From: an uncultured Chloroflexia bacterium
GTDB lineage: Bacteria; Chloroflexota; Limnocylindria; Limnocylindrales; CSP1-4
NCBI GenBank assembly: GCA_963748625.1
Contig: CAVVJT010000007.1
Coordinates: 448,001-512,000 of the forward strand
DNA length: 64,000 nucleotides
Reading direction: 5' to 3'
The position numbers and the translations under genes were made by a program. Within the stretch, counting starts at the first letter, position 1; every line of letters begins with the position of its first letter. The notes under the pieces are model-generated. The model did not search any database and was not told the origin of the DNA. It saw nothing but the letters and a program-made list of their open reading frames with translations. Below, piece after piece: positions 55,949-64,000 of the stretch.

Positions 55949-56197
55949 TCAGTCGTACAGGCGCTCCAGGTGCCACGTCCCGGCTGCGCGGTCCAGGTAG
56001 ACCAGGGCCAGCCACGACACCCCCACCACCTTGAAGTAGTCCCGCGTGATCGGCTCGCGCCACCAGGACTCGTCCACCCGCCAGCGGTTGCAGACCTCGA
56101 CGGGCTCCCGCCGGCCGTTCCAGCGGATCGCAGCGAGACGGCCTCCCTCGTCCAGCTCCACCTCGATGCGCGGGTGCTCGCGCAGCAGCCGGGTCAT
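55949..56197 (-). CDS. Small ImuB-associated protein (DUF6504-like)
   Basis: RWRVDESWWREPITRDYFKV...WHLERLYD; ATGA overlap with imuB. Confidence 0.8.
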   Translation of the reverse strand: MTRLLREHPRIEVELDEGGRLAAIRWNGRREPVEVCNRWRVDESWWREPITRDYFKVVGVSWLALVYLDRAAGTWHLERLYD

Positions 56198-57498
56198 CGC
56201 TCGTCCCTCATCGCGCCGCGGCAGCACCTCGTCACGGACGCGCCGGCCACGGACAGCCAGCGCCAGCGGTGCTCGGCCAGCGGCGCCTCCGGATCCGCGA
56301 GCTCCACCCGGTGCACGCGGTCCACCCCGAACGCGATCGCCAGGCGCGCCAGCTGCCAGCCGAGGCGGGCATCCCGTGCGGCCTGCGGCGTGAACAGCGG
56401 CAGCTGCTGGCCCTGCGCCGCCTCCACCAGCCCCAGCTCCAGCTCCAGGCGTGCGACCGCGGCCGGCGGCGGGCTCTTCTCGAGCCGCGCGAAGAGCAGG
56501 CGCTCGATGGCCTCGGCGTCGTCGGTGGGCTCCGGGAGCCGCTGCTCGATCCGCACCTCGCCGGGCGTTCCCCGGCGGGCGAACGCGAGGTCGCACGACA
56601 CGACGAGCCGGACGATCCCCGCCGCCTGGCCGCGCGCCTTGAGCTGGTCCGCCAGCACCGACGCCAGCCGCCGGAGCACGAACCGGACCGAGTCCAGCTC
56701 CTCCGACGGCGGTTCGATCGGCAGCCCCAGCGCCATCCGCTCGGGCGCCGTGCGTGGCCGGAACCGCTCCGTCTCCTCGCCGCGGGCCCGGGCGTGGAGC
56801 CGCGCCCCCTCCTCCCCGAACCGCGCCACCACCGCCGAGTGCGGCAGCTCCGCCACCGTCCCGATCGTGCGCAGCCCGAACCGCGCGATCCGCGCCCGGA
56901 TCTCCTGGTCCCGCGTCAGCAGGCGGGCGGGGTGCGGAGCGAGGAAGGCGGCGTCGTCACCGGGTGGCACGAGGAGCGGGGCGCCGCCCTCGCCCGCACA
57001 GACCGCCGCCACGGACGCCGCGAACGAAGTCCCCGCGATCCCTGTCCGGGGCAGCCCGGGAAGCACGCCCGCGAGGGCGGTGGTCATCCGCGGAACCATC
57101 GTCTCCTCCGCACCCCACAGCCGCATGAGCCCGTCCACCTGGATAGCGATCCGCCCGAAGGCGGGGCTCATCACGTCAGAGGTCGCCGCGATCCCCGGGC
57201 TGAACGCGGCCAGCCGTTCACAGGCGGCCTCGAGCGCGTCGCGGTCCGCCTCAGGCTCGAGGTCGAGGAAGGTCGCCTCGGGGGCCAGCCGGTGGGCGGC
57301 CCCGAGCGCCATTCCCCGGCGCACGCCGAGCGAGCGGGCGAGGGGATCCGCGTCCACCACGGTCCCATCCGTCCAAGGCTGACCGCCGAGGACGATCGGA
57401 CCCGGGGGCCACGAGGCGGAGGTGGCGTTGGGAGCCTCTGCCCGCCCCCTCGCCAGGCGGAGGGGCAGGTGGGGCCAGAGCATGTGCAGCAGGCGCAT
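56194..57498 (-). CDS. imuB: ImuB, inactive Y-family polymerase homolog
   Basis: ARSLGVRRGMALGAAHRLAP, FSP, GLMRLWGAEE, FGLRTIG, ARFGEEG; lacks the catalytic DMD/SIDE motifs. Confidence 0.88.
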   Translation of the reverse strand: MRLLHMLWPHLPLRLARGRAEAPNATSASWPPGPIVLGGQPWTDGTVVDADPLARSLGVRRGMALGAAHRLAPEATFLDLEPEADRDALEAACERLAAFSPGIAATSDVMSPAFGRIAIQVDGLMRLWGAEETMVPRMTTALAGVLPGLPRTGIAGTSFAASVAAVCAGEGGAPLLVPPGDDAAFLAPHPARLLTRDQEIRARIARFGLRTIGTVAELPHSAVVARFGEEGARLHARARGEETERFRPRTAPERMALGLPIEPPSEELDSVRFVLRRLASVLADQLKARGQAAGIVRLVVSCDLAFARRGTPGEVRIEQRLPEPTDDAEAIERLLFARLEKSPPPAAVARLELELGLVEAAQGQQLPLFTPQAARDARLGWQLARLAIAFGVDRVHRVELADPEAPLAEHRWRWLSVAGASVTRCCRGAMRDER

Positions 57499-58537
57499 GG
57501 GTATCGATCGATGCAGGGGGGCCTTTCAGTTCGATGGGAACGGGTGGCGGGTCCACGACGGCGAGCACCGGTGCGGGCCCCACCCCGCCCGGCGGCGCCG
57601 GCGGTGCGGCGAGCCCGGCAAGCAGCTCCGGGTGCCGCAGGCACGCATCGCGCGCGCCGCCCTCCGCGTACAGGATCTCCACGTCGGCGCGCCTCCCCGG
57701 TGGTCCAAACCGGTTGCGCGCCACCTCCACGGTGCTCCGCTGGCCCACCACGTCCCGCCCGAGCCGGATCCAGCCGGCCCGGCGCATCTCCAGGCGCAGC
57801 CCGCTCGCCTCCTCCACCGCCATCGCCAGCGACCGCCCGAGCGCCACGGGCTCCAGCACCACCAGCAGCGTCCCCGCCCGGCGGGCCAGCGCGGCGAGCC
57901 GGCCCAGCCGGTCCCCCACCCGCTTGCCGGTCACGGCCGGGTCCCGGCCCTCCGGCAGGTCGATCACCAGCAGGTCCACCGTCCGCCCCGAGAGCAGCGC
58001 CCCGGCGAGCGCCAGCGCCTCCTCCAGGTCCACCGGAGTCAGCACGACCAGCCACTCGGGACGGATGCCGCGGGCCACCGCCTCCACCGGGTCGAACGCG
58101 CGGGCGAGGTCCATCCAGGCGGCGATCGCCCCGCCCGCCTGCGCCTCCGCGACCATCCGCAGGGCGGCCGTGGTCTTGCCCGACGACGCGTCCCCGCGCA
58201 GGGCCACCGTGGCCGAGCGCGGCAGTCCGCCGGTGCCAAGGATCGCGTCCAGGGCGGCGAAGCCCGTGGGGACCATGCGGCCCTCGTCCGCTGCGGGAAC
58301 GCCAGGACGGGCAGGAGCCGGAGCCGCCACCAGGGGCGTGGGCGCGAGCGGGTCGGGAGCGGGCTTCGCGAGCGGGTCTGGGACGGCCTCCGGACCCGGC
58401 TGAGGCTCGACTGCCGCCACCCGCGCGAGCGCGCCTTCGACCGCGAGGCCCAGCTCGCTGCCACGCCGCAGCACGCCCGTGCCCCAGCGGGCCTGGAGCG
58501 TGGCGAGAGCCTGGGAGACGTCGGATGTGGGAGCCAT
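57251..58537 (-). CDS. imuA: ImuA/RecA-like protein (3' end uncertain, overlaps imuB)
   Basis: VPTGFAALDAILGTGGLPR, GDASSGKTT, AAWMD, DLLVID. Confidence 0.82.
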   Translation of the reverse strand: MAPTSDVSQALATLQARWGTGVLRRGSELGLAVEGALARVAAVEPQPGPEAVPDPLAKPAPDPLAPTPLVAAPAPARPGVPAADEGRMVPTGFAALDAILGTGGLPRSATVALRGDASSGKTTAALRMVAEAQAGGAIAAWMDLARAFDPVEAVARGIRPEWLVVLTPVDLEEALALAGALLSGRTVDLLVIDLPEGRDPAVTGKRVGDRLGRLAALARRAGTLLVVLEPVALGRSLAMAVEEASGLRLEMRRAGWIRLGRDVVGQRSTVEVARNRFGPPGRRADVEILYAEGGARDACLRHPELLAGLAAPPAPPGGVGPAPVLAVVDPPPVPIELKGPPASIDTHAPAAHALAPPAPPPGEGAGRGSQRHLRLVAPGSDRPRRSALDGWDRGGRGSPRPLARRAPGNGARGRPPAGPRGDLPRPRA

Positions 58538-58547
58538 CGGACGTCCA

Positions 58548-58575
58548 ATAATAGAACGTCTGTTCTAGTCGTCAA
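58548..58575 (-). promoter_or_regulatory. Promoter TTGACG-N16-TATTAT with a LexA SOS box in the spacer
   Basis: TAGAAC-GTCT-GTTCTA at 58552-58567. Confidence 0.92.
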
Positions 58576-58612
58576 GGGTCGAATCGACAGACCGGCGGGC
58601 CACGCCCACCGG

Positions 58613-59548
58613 CTACACCGCGGCCGCCAGCACCACCACGCCCACCAGGATCCCGACGAGCCCGACCCATTGGGAGCGCTGCGGCCGCTCGCCCAGTGCC
58701 ACCACCGCCCAGGCCAGCGCCAGCACCGGGCCGAACGAGCTCGAGAGCCCCACCAGCCAGGCCGGCGAAACTTCCAGGCCGATGGCGAATGCCACGAACC
58801 CGATCACATCGAACGCGCCCGCCGCCAGCACGAGTGCGATCGCGCGTCGCGACCACCCGTGCCATGGCAGCAGCAGCGGCGAGAACCGCCGCGACCGGGA
58901 CCGCAGCGCCAGACCCAGGAGCAGGAGCGACGCGGCGTTGTTCCCCGCGCGCGATCCCACCGCCGCCGGCAGCCAGCCGTACTCCTTGATCGGCCCTGCC
59001 AGCAGCACCGCGAGCAGCGCGAACCCCAGCAGCGTGACCACCGAGATCGCCACGCCCGGTCCCAGCACCCGGAGCCTCCGTCCGCCGCCGCCCGTACCTG
59101 CGGCCTCGCTGCCACCCCCACCGCCACCGCCGAACGAGACCGACGCGAGCACCACGCCCGCCGTCGCGATCGCGGCGCCAAGCGCCTGGGCAGGTGCCAG
59201 CGTCTCGCCACGTATGACCACCGCGAGCACCACGGCCGCCCCGCCGTACGCCACGATCACCGGGCTCACGATGCTGACCGGTCCGATCCGCAGTGCCGTG
59301 TAGTACGCGAGGTACACCCCCGACGCCAGCACCCCGATCGGGAAGGCCGCCAGCATCCCGGCGACAGGATCCGGGCCCAGGAGATCCGGCCGCGCGATCA
59401 CGATCGCGCCAAGCACGATCACGCTGACCGCCTGCGACCCGACGAGCACGCGCAGCGACCCGACCATGCGCGTCGAGACGGCGCCCGCGATCTCCGCAAC
59501 GCCCCACAGCAGCGAGGCGAGCAGACCGAGGGCCAGGCCGGAGGACAT
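58613..59548 (-). CDS. EamA/DMT family transporter
   Basis: Two 5-TM repeats; ALRIGPVSIVSP, GETL, LGERP. Confidence 0.88.
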   Translation of the reverse strand: MSSGLALGLLASLLWGVAEIAGAVSTRMVGSLRVLVGSQAVSVIVLGAIVIARPDLLGPDPVAGMLAAFPIGVLASGVYLAYYTALRIGPVSIVSPVIVAYGGAAVVLAVVIRGETLAPAQALGAAIATAGVVLASVSFGGGGGGGSEAAGTGGGGRRLRVLGPGVAISVVTLLGFALLAVLLAGPIKEYGWLPAAVGSRAGNNAASLLLLGLALRSRSRRFSPLLLPWHGWSRRAIALVLAAGAFDVIGFVAFAIGLEVSPAWLVGLSSSFGPVLALAWAVVALGERPQRSQWVGLVGILVGVVVLAAAV

Positions 59549-59645
59549 CGGCGGAGTCTAGGGCCGCCGCCTGTTCGGAAGGACGGCTGTCGCGTGCTAC
59601 ACTTCCCGGCCGGTCGATCCAATTCGTCGGAGCGGACCAGCAGAT

Positions 59646-59721
<76 letters not shown>

Positions 59722-59725
59722 TCGT

Positions 59726-59810
59726 GGGTCGGTTGGGCAGGTGGTGAGCCCAAGGGTCTGTAAAACCCTCGCCTTCGGCTTTGGCGGTTCGATTCCGCCC
59801 CGGCCCACCA
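59726..59810 (+). tRNA. tRNA-Tyr (GTA)
   Basis: AGGGT-CTGTAAA-ACCCT anticodon arm, long variable arm, GGTTCGATTCC, CCA end. Confidence 0.96.
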
Positions 59811-59826
59811 GCAACTCGTGAACACA

Positions 59827-59860
59827 ACGCCCGTCGCAGATGCGACGGGCGTCGTCGTTT
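59827..59860 (+). terminator. Terminator after the tRNA pair
   Basis: ACGCCCGTCGCA-GA-TGCGACGGGCGT followed by CGTCGTTT. Confidence 0.75.
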
Positions 59861-59894
59861 CGGCGTGCGGCAGTCAGGTGTCAGTCGGCGGCGG

Positions 59895-59921
59895 TGTCGA
59901 TTCCCCTGTGGCTCATTCGTC
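59895..59921 (+). promoter_or_regulatory. ECF42-type promoter candidate
   Basis: TGTCGA-N17-CGTC upstream of a YciI-family gene. Confidence 0.6.
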
Positions 59922-59992
59922 GTGATCCTGAAGCGGCGCCGGAGGGCGTCGCCACGGATGGCCGGCGAAGCGCCGGCAGGGAGGCCAAGGAC

Positions 59993-60307
59993 ATGGCGAA
60001 CTACCTGCTCACCTACCACGGCGAGGGCGGCATGCCGGCGACCGAGGAGGAGCGCGCTGCGGTGATGGCCAAGTGGGGCGCCTGGTTCGGGCAGCTGGGC
60101 GATGCCGTCGTGGACCCGGGCAACCCGACCACGCGCGCGAAGGCGATCTCGCCTGACGGCTCGGTCATGGACGCGACGTCATCCCCGTCGGGCTACTCGG
60201 TCATCAAGGCCGATTCGCTCGACCAGGCGGTGGAGCTGTCAAAGGGCTGCCCGGTGCTCGCCGCCGGCCAGGTGGTCCTGGTGACCGAGACCTTCGACGC
60301 CATGTAG
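59993..60307 (+). CDS. YciI/DGPF-related protein
   Basis: MANYLLTY, WGAWFGQLG, SGYSVIKADSLDQAVELSKGCP. Confidence 0.85.
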   Translation: MANYLLTYHGEGGMPATEEERAAVMAKWGAWFGQLGDAVVDPGNPTTRAKAISPDGSVMDATSSPSGYSVIKADSLDQAVELSKGCPVLAAGQVVLVTETFDAM

Positions 60308-60502
60308 GAGACCAGGGCCATCCCGGGGCGCGATCGGCGGACCGTGCCCCGGGAGCTGCCCGGCGCCTCGACCACCCCGGCGTGCTGGTCACGTATTGCG
60401 TAGCCACGCTGTCGCGATCCACCAGAATCATTCACTGGACGTGATGGTTGCGACCACGCATCCTGCCGCGTGTCCACGTCCCGCGCCGCAGGTTCCGCGT
60501 CC

Positions 60503-61765
60503 ATGAGCAGCATCCGACCCTTCCGGGCCCTCCGTCCCATGCCTGCCCAGGCGCCCGACGTCTCGGCCGTCCCGTACGACGTGGTCAACGCAACCGAGGC
60601 TGCAGCCCTCGCCGAGGGCAACCCGCTGAGCTACCTGCGCGTGTCCCGCGCGGAGATCGAGCTGCCTGCCGGCACCAACCCGTACGCCGACGCGGTGTAC
60701 GAGCGGGCCGCCGCCAACTTCGCCCGCCTGCGCGCCGCAGCGCCGCTCGTCATCGAGGACACGGCCGCCCTCTACCTCTACCGGCTCCACATGGGCGACC
60801 ACGTCCAGACCGGCATCGCCGCCACGTTCCTCGTGGACGAGTACGAGCAGAACGTGATCCTCAAGCACGAGAAGACGCGCAAGGACAAGGAGGACGACCG
60901 CACCCGCCACATCGTGGAGCTGCGCGCCCAGACCGGTCCGGTGTTCCTGACGTACCCGGCGAACGCCACGGTCGATTCGCTGGTTGCCGCAGCCACCGAG
61001 TGGCCGACCGCCCGCGAGCCGCTGTTCGACTTCACCGCGCCCGACGGCGTCGGCCACACCGTGTGGACCGCGACCGAGGCCGAGACCGCACAGATCATCG
61101 ACGCGTTCTACGACATCCCGGCCCTCTACATCGCCGACGGTCACCACCGCGCCGCCAGCGCGATGCGCGCCTGCCACGCGATCGACGAGGACGGCACCGC
61201 CACGCAGGCCGAGGGCACCGCCGGGGACGGCGAGATCGAGGCGGAATGGTTCCTCGCGGTCGCCTTCCCGCACAACCAGATGCAGATCCTGCCGTACCAC
61301 CGCGTCGTGAAGACGCTCAACGGCCGCAGCGCCGCCGGGCTGCTCGACGGCGTCCGGGCCGCAGGCGTCACGGTCGAGCCCGGCACGGACACGCCGGCGG
61401 GCCCCGGCGAGGTGGCCATGTACCTCGACGGTGCCTGGTACCGCCTGGGTCTCGCGCCCGCCGCGGCCGACGCCCCGCCGGCGGACCGCCTGGACGTCGC
61501 GCTCCTCCACGACCAGGTGCTCGCGCCGCTGCTCGGAGTCGGCGACCCGCGGACGGACAAGCGCATCGACTTCGTCGGCGGCATCCGCGGCCCCCAGGCG
61601 CTCGTCGAGGCCGTCGACCGCGGCACCGCGGCCGTCGCCTTCGCGATGCACCCGACGTCGATCGAGGACCTCATGGGCATCGCCGATGCCGGCGGGATCA
61701 TGCCCCCCAAGTCCACCTGGTTCGAGCCCAAGCTCCGCGACGGCCTCCTCGTCCACCTCATCTGA
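60503..61765 (+). CDS. DUF1015 family protein
   Basis: IRPFRALRP, VPYDVV, KHEKTR, LYIADGHHR, MPPKSTWFEPKLRDGL. Confidence 0.92.
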   Translation: MSSIRPFRALRPMPAQAPDVSAVPYDVVNATEAAALAEGNPLSYLRVSRAEIELPAGTNPYADAVYERAAANFARLRAAAPLVIEDTAALYLYRLHMGDHVQTGIAATFLVDEYEQNVILKHEKTRKDKEDDRTRHIVELRAQTGPVFLTYPANATVDSLVAAATEWPTAREPLFDFTAPDGVGHTVWTATEAETAQIIDAFYDIPALYIADGHHRAASAMRACHAIDEDGTATQAEGTAGDGEIEAEWFLAVAFPHNQMQILPYHRVVKTLNGRSAAGLLDGVRAAGVTVEPGTDTPAGPGEVAMYLDGAWYRLGLAPAAADAPPADRLDVALLHDQVLAPLLGVGDPRTDKRIDFVGGIRGPQALVEAVDRGTAAVAFAMHPTSIEDLMGIADAGGIMPPKSTWFEPKLRDGLLVHLI

Positions 61766-61803
61766 ACCCCGTCCCTCTCCGCACCCCACCCAGGAGACCC
61801 GCC

Positions 61804-63051
<1,248 letters not shown>

Positions 63052-63085
63052 GCTCCCGAGGACCACCACCAGGAGACCCTTTCCC

Positions 63086-64000
63086 GTGACCGAGCGCATC
63101 TACAACTTCTCTGCCGGCCCCGCCGTCCTGCCCGTATCCGTGCTCGAGGAGGTCCAGCGCGACCTGCTCGCACTGCCCGGCGTGGGCATGTCGGTGATGG
63201 AGATCAGCCACCGCTCCGCGCCATTCGAGGCGATCATCGGCGCGGCCGAGGCCGACATCCGCACGCTGGCCGGGATCCCCGACAACTACAAGATCCTGTT
63301 CCTGCAGGGCGGCGCGAGCACCCAGTTCTCGATGGTCCCGATGAACCTGCTCACCGAGGGGCGGACGGCGGACTACATCATGACCGGCTCCTGGTCGACC
63401 AAGGCGCTCAAGGAGGCCAAGAAGGTCGGCGCCGCGCGCGAGACGGGGTCCACCGCCGACACCAACTACAACCGCATCCCGAGTGACGACGAGCTCTCGT
63501 TCACCGAGGGCGCCGCGTACGTCCACATGACCTCGAACAACACGATCGAGGGCACGGAGTGGCACCGCCTCCCGGAGATCCCCGACGGCGTGCCGCTCGT
63601 GTCGGATGCGTCGATCGGACATCTTCTCCGGGCCGATCGACGTGTCCAAGTACGGGCTGATCTACGCGGGTGCCCAGAAGAACCTGGGGCCGTCGGGCGT
63701 GACGCTCGTGATCATCCGCGAGGACCTCCTCGAGCGCTCGTCGAAGAGCCTCCCCACGATGCTCAACTACAGCGTCCACGCCGAGAACGGCTCGCTGTAC
63801 AACACGCCGCCGGCGTTCGGCGTGTATGTCCTGGGCCTCGTTATCAAGTGGGCGCTCGCCCAGGGCGGCCTCGAGGGCATCGACGCGCTCAACGAGCGCA
63901 AGGCGGGCAAGCTCTACGGGGAGCTCGACCGCACCGGCTTCTGGCACCCGACGGCCCAGAAGGACTCCCGCTCCCTGATGAACGTCACGTTCCGGCTCGC
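63086..64000 (+). CDS. serC: Phosphoserine aminotransferase (partial; frameshift near 63615)
   Basis: [32 protein letters not shown], then [12 protein letters not shown] and NTPP in a shifted frame. Confidence 0.93.
   Translation, partial: MTERIYNFSAGPAVLPVSVLEEVQRDLLALPGVGMSVMEISHRSAPFEAIIGAAEADIRTLAGIPDNYKILFLQGGASTQFSMVPMNLLTEGRTADYIMTGSWSTKALKEAKKVGAARETGSTADTNYNRIPSDDELSFTEGAAYVHMTSNNTIEGTEWHRLPEIPDGVPLVSDASIGHLLRADRRVQVRADLRGCPEEPGAVGRDARDHPRGPPRALVEEPPHDAQLQRPRRERLAVQHAAGVRRVCPGPRYQVGARPGRPRGHRRAQRAQGGQALRGARPHRLLAPDGPEGLPLPDERHVPAR

Overview
Very GC-rich bacterial chromosomal segment. Its Gram-positive-type SOS and CIRCE boxes, frequent leaderless genes and gene content suggest Chloroflexota or another Terrabacteria lineage (inference only). 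Contents: dnaJ (partial), a family-5 UDG, MFS and ABC exporters, an Xis-like HTH/PIN toxin-antitoxin pair, a TetR-headed complete classical menaquinone operon (menF-D-H-B-A-C-E-G) in which MenE is fused to an extra alpha/beta hydrolase, Trk/Ktr K+ uptake, hrcA-grpE-dnaK with two CIRCEs, ptsI, hemW, lepA, beta-carbonic anhydrase, pgi, rpsT with a long histone-H1-like tail, gap-pgk-eno, a uridine phosphorylase, a large lamin-tail/OB-fold surface protein, a split LexA-regulated imuA-imuB-dnaE2 mutasome, tRNA-Ala and tRNA-Tyr, and DUF1015-serA-serC. About 14 single-base frameshifts, several in housekeeping genes, look like sequencing/assembly indels. The most novel-looking signals are: (1) the MenE-hydrolase fusion, a candidate MenI replacement under TetR control; (2) recurrent ~100-150 bp intergenic multi-branched palindromes, two of them beside solitary XRE-HTH/PD-(D/E)XK nuclease genes; (3) the S20-H1 fusion; and (4) a long gap leader that begins with a degenerate copy of the gap initiation region. 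All functional calls come from motif recognition by eye; no searches were run.
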